A stretch of DNA of 64,000 bases from Candidatus Tumulicola sp. (GCA_036490465.1 DASXDV010000186.1:17225-81224), one strand, 5' to 3'. Positions 54,521-64,000 are shown, numbered from the stretch's first letter. The notes: a model not told the origin generated them from the sequence alone. A program made the numbers and translations.

Positions 54521-55056
54521 TTCGGCATCGCCGGAATATGACACGCCGCGCCGCCGTTTTTTTCGAAATAGCGTTGGTGATACTCCTCGGCAGCCCAAAA
54601 GGCTGGCGCGTTCACGATCTCGGTTACGATTGGACGGGCGTGGTTGGCGCGCTCGGCGTCGCGCGAAGCGAGCGCCGCGCGCATTTGCTCGGGCGTGTGC
54701 GTGAAGATCGCGGAGCGGTACTGGTCGCCGACGTCGGGGCCCTGACGGTTGAGTTGCGTCGGATCGTGGATGCTCCAGAAAACCGATAGGAGTTGCTCGT
54801 AGGTGACCTTTTTCGGGTCGAACTTCACCGCGACGGCCTCGGCGTGGCCGGTTCCGTGCCCGCAGACTTGACGGTAGGACGGGCGCTCGGTGTTTCCGCC
54901 CGTGTAGCCGGACACGACGTCGATTACCCCAGGGACTTGGCGAAAGGCGGCCTCGACGCCCCAGAAGCAGCCCGCGGCGAACGTGGCGGTTTGGATGGAG
55001 TCGTTCATACTCTCAAAGAACGCCGCTCGAGCGTTTCCGGATGCGTCGGCAGTCAT
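54517..55056 (-). CDS. msrA: peptide-methionine (S)-S-oxide reductase MsrA
   Basis: [28 protein letters not shown] and [18 protein letters not shown] are canonical. ATG 55056 overlaps the dacB stop (ATGA). The rest of ORF 54517..56031 is another frame of dacB. Confidence 0.9.
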   Translation of the reverse strand: MTADASGNARAAFFESMNDSIQTATFAAGCFWGVEAAFRQVPGVIDVVSGYTGGNTERPSYRQVCGHGTGHAEAVAVKFDPKKVTYEQLLSVFWSIHDPTQLNRQGPDVGDQYRSAIFTHTPEQMRAALASRDAERANHARPIVTEIVNAPAFWAAEEYHQRYFEKNGGAACHIPAMPK

Positions 55057-56531
55057 CGCCGAACCAGCGCCGTCAGAATTGCGGCCCGCGCCGCGTCGAG
55101 GGCGGTTTGAGCCTGCGGCGATTCGTCCGTCCAGTCGTCCACCATCAACGCGAAGATCACCGTACCGCCGCTGCGCGTGCGGACGTAACCCGCTAGCGCC
55201 CGCGCGTGATTTTCGGTGCCCGTCTTGGCGAAGACGGCTCCCCGCAGCGGTGGTTGCGCGAACGTCGAGCGCAGCGTTCCACTCGTTCCCGCGACCGGCA
55301 GTGCGGCCAAGACGGAATCGCGGAACGGTCCTCGCCAGTCCGCTCGCAAAATCGTCGCGAGCGTTCGCGGCTCGACGCGATCGTACGCCGAGAGGCCCGA
55401 GCCGTCCACGATCGTGACCGCGTCGGCGCTCCCGCCGATCGAGCGCAACCAGGCCATTTCGGAAGAGATGCCGCGTGCGCGGGTATCGTCGCTGCCATTG
55501 GTTCCCGACGTCGGGCCAACGACCGCACCGAGCTCTTCGAGGAGTTGCTCGCCGATGAGGTTCGTGCTCGGCAGCCAGAAGTCGCGCAGCAGCGTCCGCA
55601 GGGGTTGCGAGTGGTGCGACCAGACCTGCGACGCTCCCGGCGGCGTCGGTCCGAAGCGGACACCGTTGCCGATCGTTACCCCGTGGACGGCGAGCGCTCG
55701 TTCGAACATCTCGGCCGTATAAGCGGACGGATCGGGAACCGACGGCGACAGATCGTCGGAGAGCGGCGCACCCAAGGGATAGCTTCCGATCACTTCGATC
55801 GTGTCGGGGCGATCCCACGGCCGTGCAAGATCGGTCGTATCGGCGCTCCCGGGGGCGCCCGTAATCGAAGCGTTCTCGACGGTAAGCGTGCGGCTGGGCG
55901 CGGGCGCCTGCAGCGTCGTGGGCGCCCGGGCGGCGCTTCCGGGAAGAACGCGTACCGGCACGACATTGAGATCGAGCGCGAGCGCGCTGGGCACGGCCGC
56001 GTAACCGTACGGCACGTCGTCGATCGCCCAACCCAGCGGATAGCGGGGGGCGTCGTAGCGCGACGCGTCGGCGACTAGCGACCCCGCGATGCGGCGGATG
56101 CCGGCCGACGCCACGGCGGCGGCGGCCGCGTCGAGATCGGCGTCCGCGAGCTGGGCGTCGCCGCCGCCGCGCAGATAGAGGTCGCCGGCGAGCGTTCCCA
56201 AAGCGGGTAGGCCGGAGGCCAAGACGCCAGTAGTCAATGCGTAAGCCGGCCCGAGGCGGGCGAGTGCCGCCGAACCGACGAGCAATTTCAGCGTCGACGC
56301 CGGTACGAAATCGTCGTCGGCGTTGCGGGCGTAGAGGACGTTCCCCGTGACGGCGTCGATGGCGAGCAGGCCGACGTGCGCGTGCGTCAACGTCGGGGCA
56401 CCGATCGCGCCGTCGATTGCATCCCGAAATGCGCTCGCCGGTTCCGCCGGCAACGCCGCGGCCGGGGAAGACGCCGCGACGATCGCCAGCGTTGCGGTCG
56501 CCATTAGCATCAGGTAACGTTTGCCGGCCAT
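55053..56531 (-). CDS. dacB: D-alanyl-D-alanine carboxypeptidase/endopeptidase (PBP4, S13 family)
   Basis: ATG 56531 gives [26 protein letters not shown] (signal). The SxxK motif is in [14 protein letters not shown] (SxN-like) and AKTGT (KTG) motifs are present. Confidence 0.85.
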   Translation of the reverse strand: MAGKRYLMLMATATLAIVAASSPAAALPAEPASAFRDAIDGAIGAPTLTHAHVGLLAIDAVTGNVLYARNADDDFVPASTLKLLVGSAALARLGPAYALTTGVLASGLPALGTLAGDLYLRGGGDAQLADADLDAAAAAVASAGIRRIAGSLVADASRYDAPRYPLGWAIDDVPYGYAAVPSALALDLNVVPVRVLPGSAARAPTTLQAPAPSRTLTVENASITGAPGSADTTDLARPWDRPDTIEVIGSYPLGAPLSDDLSPSVPDPSAYTAEMFERALAVHGVTIGNGVRFGPTPPGASQVWSHHSQPLRTLLRDFWLPSTNLIGEQLLEELGAVVGPTSGTNGSDDTRARGISSEMAWLRSIGGSADAVTIVDGSGLSAYDRVEPRTLATILRADWRGPFRDSVLAALPVAGTSGTLRSTFAQPPLRGAVFAKTGTENHARALAGYVRTRSGGTVIFALMVDDWTDESPQAQTALDAARAAILTALVRR

Positions 56532-56539
56532 TGCCAGCA

Positions 56540-57604
56540 CTAACTCACGTCGAACTGTTGCATGAACCGGTCGATTTGCGATTGCTCGGTGCCCGCCGCC
56601 AACAGGCGCACCGCCAATTGTTCGCGGTCTTGCGGGGGCGTGACGAACATGAACGGCGCTTGCGGAGCGTCCACGGTGCACCACTGGCCGGCGGCCGGCA
56701 CGAGGGCGGTTTGGTAGGGGGCAAGGGTGACGGCCGTATCGCCGCACGTTACCTCCATGGCACGGTCGAGCGCCATGACGATGAGCGGGCGGCCGTTAGT
56801 CGCGATCGACGCGGGGTCCGATCCGGCAACGATCCGTTCCACGACGAACCTCCGGTCGGCGATCAGCGCCAGCCTTTCGAGACCTTCGAAGTTATACGAG
56901 ACCTGAAAGAGCGGGCCGGCGCTTCCAGCGCGATAGTCCAAGACGTCGGCCGCCTTTCGAACGTGCAGCTCGCGCGGTTTGCCGTCGGCGCCCATGCGGT
57001 TCCAATCGAACATCCGATACGTCAGGTCGCTGGCTTGCTGCGTTTCGAACAGCACGACTCCCGCACCGATTGCGTGCACCATTCCGGCCGGAATGTAGAT
57101 TGAATCGCCGGCCTTGACCGCAACGCGCCGCAGAATCTCGCCGAGCGTCCCGTCGGCGACGCGGCGTTCGTATTCGGCGCGCGAAGTGTCGCGGGTCCAA
57201 CCGAGCACGAGCTGCGCGTCCGGCTCGGCCGAAAAAACGTACCAACACTCGGTCTTTCCGTTGAGCTGGTGCTCGACGCGCCGAGCGTAGGCGTCGTCGG
57301 GATGGACTTGGACCGAAAGCCAGTCGTGCGCGGTGATGATCTTGGTGAGGACCGGGAAGATGTGCGCCGGATCAAGGTCGCCCAGTAGCCGAGCGCCCAG
57401 CTTTGCACGCAGGTCGGCGACCGTCGCACCGGCGAGCGGGCCGTTGACGACGCGGTTGGCGTCCCAGCACTCCCACGACTCGCCTAACTTGGCATCCGGG
57501 TCACCGTTCTTACCAACCGTGCGAACCAGTTCGTGGCCGCCCCAGATCGCCGGCGACAGCTTGGGATCGAGCACGTAAGGATAAATCGCATCGCTCATCG
57601 GCAT
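56540..57604 (-). CDS. manA: mannose-6-phosphate isomerase, class I (Bacillus type)
   Basis: [42 protein letters not shown] and [23 protein letters not shown] are type I PMI blocks. The start is ATG 57604 or 57598. The upstream 165 codons of ORF 56540..58099 look non-coding. Confidence 0.85.
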   Translation of the reverse strand: MPMSDAIYPYVLDPKLSPAIWGGHELVRTVGKNGDPDAKLGESWECWDANRVVNGPLAGATVADLRAKLGARLLGDLDPAHIFPVLTKIITAHDWLSVQVHPDDAYARRVEHQLNGKTECWYVFSAEPDAQLVLGWTRDTSRAEYERRVADGTLGEILRRVAVKAGDSIYIPAGMVHAIGAGVVLFETQQASDLTYRMFDWNRMGADGKPRELHVRKAADVLDYRAGSAGPLFQVSYNFEGLERLALIADRRFVVERIVAGSDPASIATNGRPLIVMALDRAMEVTCGDTAVTLAPYQTALVPAAGQWCTVDAPQAPFMFVTPPQDREQLAVRLLAAGTEQSQIDRFMQQFDVS

Positions 57605-57697
57605 CCTCTTCGTGCACGCTGCCCGCGCATCCGTGCGGTGGAACCGCTTTTCCGGTTGCCACGTAAGAAATCTCCATCCGTCCTCGAAGGTGCCGGC

Positions 57698-58405
57698 ATG
57701 CTCGCGTTGGCACAGGTCGCACTCCACGTCGGACTTTGCAACGCGCTGGCTCGAGTGCCGCAAGGCCAACCGGTAGACCTGCGAGTCAGACTCACGGACC
57801 GCACCGGACTGGGCCAGTTGGATCGAACGTTCGAAATCACGCGCGGGCGGGGATCTACGCTTGACGCAAGCTTCCAGGTGCCCGGCGGTATCTATCGGAT
57901 GGACGTCTCTGCGCCGGGATCCGGCTGCCAGGCGTCGAGTATTCAATACTTCGCCGATCGACGCTATCGAAGCGTTCCGATGCGTTTGAGCGACGGACCC
58001 GCCGAAGCGGCAGCCGTCTCGTATATCTTTACGGGTACCGTCGCCGCATCGCCCGTCGACGTTCAACCCACACCGGTGCTTTTCGGCGGCGATACGCAAT
58101 GCGACGAGCCCACCGACGCGCCCCTTCCGGCACGCGCGAGCGTCGAGTACGACGGAGATTCGTACTACGCTTGGCTTTATTCCGATTCGACGTTTGCGAA
58201 GCGAGGCTCGCTGACGCTCGCCTTGCGGCTACGTTTAGACGGCGGCCTGCACTACGTCTACGTCCCGTTGCCGTACCCGGTCGCGGGCTCGCGGTGGCCC
58301 GTCCTGGTGCACGCCGACTTGACCCACGCGATGCTCGTAGCTTTGGCCCCCCAACCCGTGGGTTGGCTGCTTTGTCAGAAGCTTTCGCTGTCGTCTTCAA
58401 AATAG
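57698..58405 (+). CDS. hypothetical protein
   Basis: ORF 57533..58405 trimmed to ATG 57698, so it no longer overlaps manA head-on. No family or clear signal peptide recognised. Confidence 0.3.
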   Translation: MLALAQVALHVGLCNALARVPQGQPVDLRVRLTDRTGLGQLDRTFEITRGRGSTLDASFQVPGGIYRMDVSAPGSGCQASSIQYFADRRYRSVPMRLSDGPAEAAAVSYIFTGTVAASPVDVQPTPVLFGGDTQCDEPTDAPLPARASVEYDGDSYYAWLYSDSTFAKRGSLTLALRLRLDGGLHYVYVPLPYPVAGSRWPVLVHADLTHAMLVALAPQPVGWLLCQKLSLSSSK

Positions 58406-58472
58406 CGACGCCCCCGAAGGCGGGCGCTCGCAGGGCAGATTTTCGCCAAGCCGGTGCCGAACGTTTCGCACG

Positions 58473-58916
58473 GTGAAGCACGACCTGACGGCTGCGGTTT
58501 TCCTCACCCGTTTAGCGGTCGGCGCTTTTTTGGGAATTGCGATCGGCTTCGAGCGGCAGTGGCGCCAACGCGCCGCCGGCCTGCACACGAGCGGGCTGGT
58601 TGCAATCGGTGCGACGCTCTTTGCGCTCCTCGATACGTTCGTCTCGGCCGGCGATACCACGCGCGTACTGGCGGGAATCGTCACCGGCGTAGGATTCATT
58701 GCCGGGGGCGTGATTCTGCGCGACGGGGCCAACGTCAGCGGGTTGAATACGGCCGCGACCATCTGGGCGACCGCGGCCGTTGGAGCGCTGGCCGGCATGG
58801 GTCTCTATTGGCACGCAACCGCTTCGGCGGTGATCGTCGTCATCAACCTTACGACGCAACCGCTTGCGCAATGGGTCGATGCTCGCTCGGCGTCTCAAAA
58901 GAATGGCGGCGATTAA
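58473..58916 (+). CDS. mgtC: MgtC/SapB family membrane protein
   Basis: LTRLAVGAFLGIAIGFERQWRQRAAGLHTSGLVAIGATLFALL...AGIVTGVGFIAGGVILR...GLNTAATIWATAAVGALAG is the MgtC N-terminal domain. GTG start. Confidence 0.85.
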   Translation: MKHDLTAAVFLTRLAVGAFLGIAIGFERQWRQRAAGLHTSGLVAIGATLFALLDTFVSAGDTTRVLAGIVTGVGFIAGGVILRDGANVSGLNTAATIWATAAVGALAGMGLYWHATASAVIVVINLTTQPLAQWVDARSASQKNGGD

Positions 58917-60210
58917 CCGGATGCAGAGCTTAAACGCGGATCGTACCGCCACGCGAGCGCTGGGCATCCTCGCGTTGTTGTTCGGAGAGGAACTGGGACG
59001 CAACGTCGGCGTCCGGCTATGGGACGGCAGCGCGATTCCGGCTCCGGGCGGCCGCTTCGAGTTGATCGTGCGCGAGCCGTTCGCGCTGCGCGCGGCCTTT
59101 CTGCCGCCGCTCGCTCTCAATCCCGGGCGGGCCTTCGTCGAACGCTGGATCGACATCGAAGGCGATCTCGAGACGGCCATCGGCACGCTCGAGCGCTGCG
59201 TCGGAAGACTTTCCAAAGCGACGTTGGCCCGGCTCGCGGCGATGTTGTTGCTGCTGCCGGCTTCTCCGAAAGTCGGCGACCGGCAACCCGCGGGGGAAGC
59301 GCACTCGAAGGGCCGCGATGCGGCGGCGATCAGCTTTCACTACGATCTTCCGGTCGCGTTCTACCGCACGTTTCTCGATAGCGAGCTGGTCTATTCGTGC
59401 GCCTACTGGGACGACGGCGTCGCGACGCTGGAGGACGCGCAGCGCGCGAAGCTGGATTACGTGCTCGACAAGCTTCGGCTCGCACCCGGCGCGTCGTTCC
59501 TGGATATCGGCTGCGGCTGGGGCTCGCTCGTCATTCGGGCGGCTCGGCGGGGAGCGCGCGCGCTCGGCATTACGCTTTCGCGACGGCAGTACGAGGAAGC
59601 CGGACGGGCGATCGCCGCCGCCGGTCTCGCGGATCGCGCTCGCGTCGAGCTGCTCGACTATCGCGATTTGGGATCTGAGGAGTTCGACGCGATCGCGTCG
59701 ATCGGAATGGTCGAGCACGTCGGGCGCGAGCGCTTGCGCGAGTATTTCGACGTCGCTTACCGGTCGTTGCGCCCGGGTGGCCTGTTCCTCAATCACGGCA
59801 TCTCGGCACAAACGCGCGACGGTCGCGGCTTTCGGGCGACGCGCGACTTCATCGGACGCTACGTGTTTCCCGATGGCGACTTGGTCGCGCTCGACACGAT
59901 GTTGCGCAATGCCGAAGCCGCCGGCTTCGAAGTGCGCGACGTGGAAAACCTGCGCGAACACTACGCGCGCACGCTGCGCGCCTGGATCGCGAACCTGGCT
60001 GCCAACCGTCAAACCGCCATCGACTTGGCGGGCGAGCGGGCCGAGCGCGTGTGGCGCCTTTACGTGACCGGAAGCGCGCGGGGTTTCGCGCGCGGGCGGA
60101 TGGGATTGGCGCAGAGTCTTTTCGCAAAGCCGCGGCCCGACGGAAAGAGCCGAATTCCGTCGACGCGCCGCGACCTCTACCGCACGCGCCCGACGGAGGT
60201 ATCCCGATGA
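58903..60210 (+). CDS. cfa: cyclopropane-fatty-acyl-phospholipid synthase
   Basis: ISFHYDLPVAFYRTFLDSELVYSCAYW, LDIGCGWGSL (SAM motif I), ITLSRRQ, IASIGMVEHVG and RYVFPDG are Cfa/mycolic acid methyltransferase blocks. ATG 58903 overlaps the mgtC end by 14 nt. Confidence 0.9.
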   Translation: MAAINRMQSLNADRTATRALGILALLFGEELGRNVGVRLWDGSAIPAPGGRFELIVREPFALRAAFLPPLALNPGRAFVERWIDIEGDLETAIGTLERCVGRLSKATLARLAAMLLLLPASPKVGDRQPAGEAHSKGRDAAAISFHYDLPVAFYRTFLDSELVYSCAYWDDGVATLEDAQRAKLDYVLDKLRLAPGASFLDIGCGWGSLVIRAARRGARALGITLSRRQYEEAGRAIAAAGLADRARVELLDYRDLGSEEFDAIASIGMVEHVGRERLREYFDVAYRSLRPGGLFLNHGISAQTRDGRGFRATRDFIGRYVFPDGDLVALDTMLRNAEAAGFEVRDVENLREHYARTLRAWIANLAANRQTAIDLAGERAERVWRLYVTGSARGFARGRMGLAQSLFAKPRPDGKSRIPSTRRDLYRTRPTEVSR

Positions 60211-61088
60211 CCGAGTTCGCCGGCGCCTGGCCGCCGTTGCCGTTGGAAGGCTGGCGGGACACGTGCGACACGCTTCACATGTACGCGCAAATCGTCGGGA
60301 AGATCCGGCTGGCGCTGTCGCCCCCCGAGCCGCAATGGGCGCACGTCGCGATGTACGTCACGCCGCACGGGCTCACGACCGGCCCGATTCCGTTCGAAAA
60401 CCGGACGTTTCAAATCGATTTCGATTTCGTCGAACATCGAGTGCGGGTGGTCGCGAGCGACGGGCGCGAGAACTCCCTCGAACTTCGTCCCCGTTCCGTC
60501 GCCGAGTTCTACCGGACGCTGATGCAGATGCTCAACGACCTCGACATCTCGGTGCGCATCTGGCCGATGCCGGTCGAGGTCTCCAATCCGATCCGCTTCG
60601 ACCGCGACGACGCGCACGCCGCATACGACCCGCGGGCGGCTCGCCGGTTCGCCGAAGTGTTGGCGCACGTCGACGCGGCCATGAAGGAGCATCGTGCCCC
60701 GTTTCGCCGGCGCCATACGCTCGTGCAGTTTTTCTTTGGTTCGTTCGACCTCGCGTACGCTCGATTCTCCGGGCGGCCGGCGACGCCCCCGAGCGACGAC
60801 GTCATCATGGCCAACGCGATGGACGCGCAAGAAATCTGCGCCGGATTTTGGCCGGGCGACGACCGCTTTCCCGAACCCACCTTTTGGTGCTATGCCTTCC
60901 CGAAGCCGCCCGGTTCGGAGCGTCTCGCAGTTCGGCCCAGCGCCGCGTTCTGGAGCGACGCCATGGGTGAGTTCGTTCTTCGATACGAGGACGTTCGCAG
61001 CGCCGAATCCCCGCGGGCGGCGCTGCGCGAGTTCCTTACGAGTACCTTCGAAGGTTTTGCCGAACTTGCCGACTGGCCGACGGCCTAG
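60207..61088 (+). CDS. conserved hypothetical protein (resembles DUF5996 family)
   Basis: The ATG overlaps the cfa stop (ATGA). WPPLPLEGWRDTCDTLHMYAQIVGKIRLALSP.EPQWAHVAMYVTPHGLTTGPIP...QFFFGSFDLAYARFSGRPA resembles proteins I recall as DUF5996. Not verified. Confidence 0.6.
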   Translation: MTEFAGAWPPLPLEGWRDTCDTLHMYAQIVGKIRLALSPPEPQWAHVAMYVTPHGLTTGPIPFENRTFQIDFDFVEHRVRVVASDGRENSLELRPRSVAEFYRTLMQMLNDLDISVRIWPMPVEVSNPIRFDRDDAHAAYDPRAARRFAEVLAHVDAAMKEHRAPFRRRHTLVQFFFGSFDLAYARFSGRPATPPSDDVIMANAMDAQEICAGFWPGDDRFPEPTFWCYAFPKPPGSERLAVRPSAAFWSDAMGEFVLRYEDVRSAESPRAALREFLTSTFEGFAELADWPTA

Positions 61089-61106
61089 CGGCCGGGAAGC
61101 GCGCGC

Positions 61107-61712
61107 TTAGCGCAAACGCTCCTCGCAGCGCTTCCAATCGATGTTGGCAAAAAATGCTTCGATGTACTTGCCGCGTTCGGACGGCTTGTAATCCTTCAAA
61201 AACGCGTGTTCCCAGACGTCCAACACCACGATCGGTACGAACCCCGCGAGGTGTCCGTTTTGGTGGTCGTCGATCCAGTTGTTGGTAATTCGTCCGTTCG
61301 TGGTATCGCAATACGCGATCGCCCAGCCGACGCCGCGCATACCGCCGACCGCGACGAAGTCGTCCTTCCAAGCATCGAAGCCACCGTAGGCTTCGCCCAG
61401 CGCGTTGTAGAGTTTTCCCGTTCCGATTGCGGCCGGCGACTTCGTCATGTTGTCGAAGTAGTATTCGTGTAGCCGCATGCCGTCGTACTCGAAGCCGAGG
61501 CGCCGGACGAGTTCGGCGTAGGCCGGATCGGCGCCCGAGGGTTTGCCTGCCGAGCGAATTCCTGCCAGGCGCTCGTTGAGTAGGTTAACGTTCTTGACGT
61601 AGCCTTCGTACAAGCCGAAATGCATTTCGAGCGTTGCGTCGGAGATGCCCGTGAGACCCGACAGGTCCCATTTCCGAGGCGAGTAGCTTTGCGAGGGGGT
61701 GACGACGTTCAT
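61107..61712 (-). CDS. Fe/Mn-family superoxide dismutase
   Basis: ATG 61712. LEMHFGLYEGYV (N-domain His), GWAIAYCD and VLDVWEHAFLKDY (D-x-W-E-H metal ligands) fit. The upstream part of ORF 61107..61853 is not needed. Confidence 0.85.
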   Translation of the reverse strand: MNVVTPSQSYSPRKWDLSGLTGISDATLEMHFGLYEGYVKNVNLLNERLAGIRSAGKPSGADPAYAELVRRLGFEYDGMRLHEYYFDNMTKSPAAIGTGKLYNALGEAYGGFDAWKDDFVAVGGMRGVGWAIAYCDTTNGRITNNWIDDHQNGHLAGFVPIVVLDVWEHAFLKDYKPSERGKYIEAFFANIDWKRCEERLR

Positions 61713-61823
61713 CGCGAGCGATTCCCTTTCCGAGAGATGTGGTCTCTTACAGAGACGAGCATACCCATTTGGAAATGCGAGGCAAACGCGCCTGCCGGTC
61801 TCTTGCGGCGGGGCGAAGGGGGA

Positions 61824-63272
61824 GTGGCTGCGAACGCTGCGGGCGTGCCCCACACGATCTTTGTCGGCATCGGCTCCAACCTCGGTGACCGCCAGGGAAA
61901 TATTCTCGCCGCACTGCAGCGTCTGCGCGCGCGCTGCGAAGTGACGGCCGTCTCCGCCTTTTACGAGTCGGAAGCGGCCGGCGGCGCCGCCGGTCCCGCT
62001 TATCTCAACGTCGCCGCGGCCCTAGAAACCGGCCTGAGCGCCGATGCGTTCGAGCGGCTTGCCCGCGACGTCGAGCTGGCGGTCGGCCGCGCGGCCGGGA
62101 CCCAGAAGCTGGCGCCCCGCCCGATCGATATCGACTTGCTGGCCGTCGGCGAAACCGTCGTGCGCGATAATCTCGAAACCCGGCCGTACAATTCGGTGCC
62201 TCTCGCGGAGATCGCCCCGCACCTCGTTTCGGTCCCAACCGCCGCTTCGGTACGTAAGCGCGAGCGCAGCCTTCACTTCGCGACCGACCGGCAAAGCGAA
62301 CCTCCGGAGGTTCGCCTGTCCCTCAATCGGGTCGGCGTGAGCGGTCTTCGCCGGCTCGTGCGGCTCGACGTCGACGGTCGCGAACGGGTGTACAACGGTG
62401 AGTTTACGATGGTCGCGGATCTGCAACCGCATCAGGCCGGCGTTCATATGTCGCGTTTTTCCGAAATTCTCGAAACCGCGACGCTCGAGGTGCTCGCGCG
62501 CGACGATGCCCCGGCCCGGATCGAACGGCTGGTCGAAGCAATCGCCCGCGAAGTCGTCGCCGGCCAGCGGGCCGTTCGTGCCGACGTCCGGCTGCATGCC
62601 GAGTTCGGCCTGGAACGCTGGACGCCGGTGAGCGGAAAGCGCGGCGAAGAAACCTATACGCTCGTCGGCATCGCGAGTGCCGACGAGCGCGGGACGCGCC
62701 GGGTAACCGGGATCGAGGCCGAAGGCATGACGGCCTGCCCCTGCGCTCAGGCGATGATGCGCGAACACTCTCTGCACGAACTCGTCGAAGCCGGTTTCTC
62801 GCAATCCGACGCGCGGCGCGCGCTCGACGCGCTCCCGGTCGCCACCCACAACCAGCGCGGTCGCGGTTGCGTGCTCGTAGGCGTAACCGATCGGCGGGAT
62901 TCGGTCCGCGCGGAAGACCTCGTCGAAATCGTCGAGAACGCGATGTCCAGCGAAACCTACGATTTGCTCAAGCGCCCCGACGAATTCTTCGTCGTCAATA
63001 AGGCCCATCACAATCCGAAATTCGTCGAGGACGTCGTGCGAGGGATTCTCGCGCGCGCGCTCGACATGTACTCCGATTTCGGCGACGACACGTTCGTGTT
63101 CGCTCGACAAGTGAACTACGAATCGATCCATAAACACGACGCCTTCGCCGAAGCCTTCGGACGGTTCGGCGAACTGCGTGCAGAACTGCGCAGCGGCGCG
63201 CGGGCTCCTTCGAAGACCGGCTTGGAAACCTGGCTATGCGAGCGGGACCGGATCGCCGGCGAGGCTAAGTAA
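61824..63272 (+). CDS. folK/folE2: fusion of HPPK (FolK) with GTP cyclohydrolase I type 2 (FolE2/MptA family)
   Basis: GTG 61824 follows AAGGGGGAG. The N-terminal ~150 aa are IFVGIGSNLGDR...AVSAFYESEA...YLNVAAALET...RPIDIDLL, which is HPPK. The C-terminal ~310 aa are GVHMSRF, GMTACPCAQ and VATHNQRG, which is the FolE2/DUF198 family. One uninterrupted frame. Confidence 0.8.
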   Translation: MAANAAGVPHTIFVGIGSNLGDRQGNILAALQRLRARCEVTAVSAFYESEAAGGAAGPAYLNVAAALETGLSADAFERLARDVELAVGRAAGTQKLAPRPIDIDLLAVGETVVRDNLETRPYNSVPLAEIAPHLVSVPTAASVRKRERSLHFATDRQSEPPEVRLSLNRVGVSGLRRLVRLDVDGRERVYNGEFTMVADLQPHQAGVHMSRFSEILETATLEVLARDDAPARIERLVEAIAREVVAGQRAVRADVRLHAEFGLERWTPVSGKRGEETYTLVGIASADERGTRRVTGIEAEGMTACPCAQAMMREHSLHELVEAGFSQSDARRALDALPVATHNQRGRGCVLVGVTDRRDSVRAEDLVEIVENAMSSETYDLLKRPDEFFVVNKAHHNPKFVEDVVRGILARALDMYSDFGDDTFVFARQVNYESIHKHDAFAEAFGRFGELRAELRSGARAPSKTGLETWLCERDRIAGEAK

Positions 63273-63278
63273 CCTCAG

Positions 63279-63560
63279 GTGCCAAAGGTCGGCCGGGTGG
63301 AGCTGCGGATTTCGCAAATCGAGGGCTTTTTGGTGAAGATTCACCACCTCGACGGCCGAGACGTACGCTCGGACCGTCAGGGAATGCCGAGTTGGCCGTA
63401 CGAGCGGGCGGCGAGGGATTCTTGGACCGTGGCCGACTGGCGACGCGAGCGCTTCAACGCCATCTATCCCGGCTTCGACGTCGACGTCCTTGACGGAGAG
63501 TGCAATCCGGTGCTCGGGCAAACGCGCCTGGAGAACTTGCGCGAATCGTACGACGATTAG
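63279..63560 (+). CDS. hypothetical protein
   Basis: 93-aa ORF (GTG) beginning 6 nt after the folK/folE2 stop. Its end overlaps the convergent M48 gene by 4 nt. No family recognised. Confidence 0.35.
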   Translation: MPKVGRVELRISQIEGFLVKIHHLDGRDVRSDRQGMPSWPYERAARDSWTVADWRRERFNAIYPGFDVDVLDGECNPVLGQTRLENLRESYDD

Positions 63561-64000
63561 CTTCGCTCGAGCGCCTCGATGCGGGCCTTGAGCGAGGGAT
63601 GCGACCCGAACAGCAATTCGTACCAAAGAGGCGGGTCGTCGTCGGCGAGGTTTTGGTCGCGCAGACGGCGCAGGGCCGACGCTCCGGTTTGAGGATCGCG
63701 GGTAACGCCGGTCGCGAACCGGTCCGCCGCCCACTCGCGCGAACGCGAGAACGCAAGCAGCACCGGACGCAGCGCTTGCGTTGCGACGAGCATCGTCGCG
63801 TAGGATCGCGCGATCAGCAGCGGCCGGTCTCGCAGCAGTTCGCGGACGCGTTTTGGGGTCGCCATTCGAGCGATGAGGAAAAGCCCGGCGGCCAGCGCTT
63901 CGCCGGCTGCGATTAGCCGCCACGTATCGCGGCTGACGTAGTGACCGATCTCGTGAGCGACGACGAAGGCGACTTCGTCTTCGGGGAAAGCGTCGATCAA
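63557..64000 (-). CDS. M48-family zinc metallopeptidase, C-terminal part (gene continues beyond window)
   Basis: The HExxH motif is in FVVAHEIGHYV, with a downstream ...SREWAADRFA... and HPSLKARIEALE tail typical of HtpX/Ste24-like M48 peptidases. The frame is open to the window edge. Confidence 0.75.
   Translation of the reverse strand: MIDAFPEDEVAFVVAHEIGHYVSRDTWRLIAAGEALAAGLFLIARMATPKRVRELLRDRPLLIARSYATMLVATQALRPVLLAFSRSREWAADRFATGVTRDPQTGASALRRLRDQNLADDDPPLWYELLFGSHPSLKARIEALERS

Noticed and set aside
54517-56031. 504-aa ORF and other large alternative frames over dacB (55193..55663, 55206..56078)
   Set aside because: Only the last 179 codons (MsrA) are real. The remainder is an alternative frame of the PBP4 gene, which carries the SxxK/KTG motifs.

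Overview
High-G+C bacterial chromosomal segment. By eye I found no rRNA, CRISPR array, transposase, integrase or phage genes. All calls come from reading the supplied translations and the DNA; no database search or statistic was run.

Gene order:
- 1-7.4 kb: a flagellar type III export operon (rod-protein C-terminus, fliM-like, fliN, fliP, metF, fliQ, fliR, flhB, flhA).
- 7.4-24.7 kb: secD-secF, a HIRAN-RecQ-like helicase, a polytopic membrane protein, a truncated C11 peptidase, a frameshifted beta-propeller lipoprotein, an HTH-TPR regulator divergent from a multicopper oxidase, Nudix, apt, relA/spoT and a TauE exporter.
- 24.7-29.2 kb: a solitary RND pump, then rpsF-ssb.
- 29.2-44.6 kb: a block separating rpsF-ssb from rpsR-rplI. 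Its left 10 kb looks accessory: visibly lower G+C, lipoproteins, GNATs, beta-lactamase-family hydrolases, MFS and two pseudogenes. Its right 5 kb holds MarC, a hydrolase, a glutamine synthetase, a desaturase, a Zn-ribbon protein and infA.
- 44.6-64 kb: rpsR-rplI-Lon-like protease-dnaB, gamma-CA plus two YbjN-like genes, tRNA-Thr(CGU), a phosphoesterase, manA-dacB-msrA-msrB-cytochrome c, mgtC-cfa-DUF5996-like, an Fe/Mn SOD, a FolK-FolE2 fusion and a partial M48 peptidase.

Main observations:
1. flhB carries 2 frameshifts and flhA carries 3, while much longer housekeeping genes nearby are intact. This points to a decaying flagellar export gate rather than random sequencing error.
2. metF sits inside the flagellar operon and is start/stop-coupled to fliP.
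3. The rpsF-ssb / rpsR-rplI arrangement is split by 15.4 kb.
4. Three more inactivated accessory genes are present, disrupted by a frameshift, an in-frame TGA and a homopolymer frameshift.
5. Unusual fusions and extensions occur: HIRAN-RecQ in the secDF...apt-relA recJ slot, FolK-FolE2, a long SecF tail and an extended IF-1.

I did not recognise a defence, toxin or mobile system.
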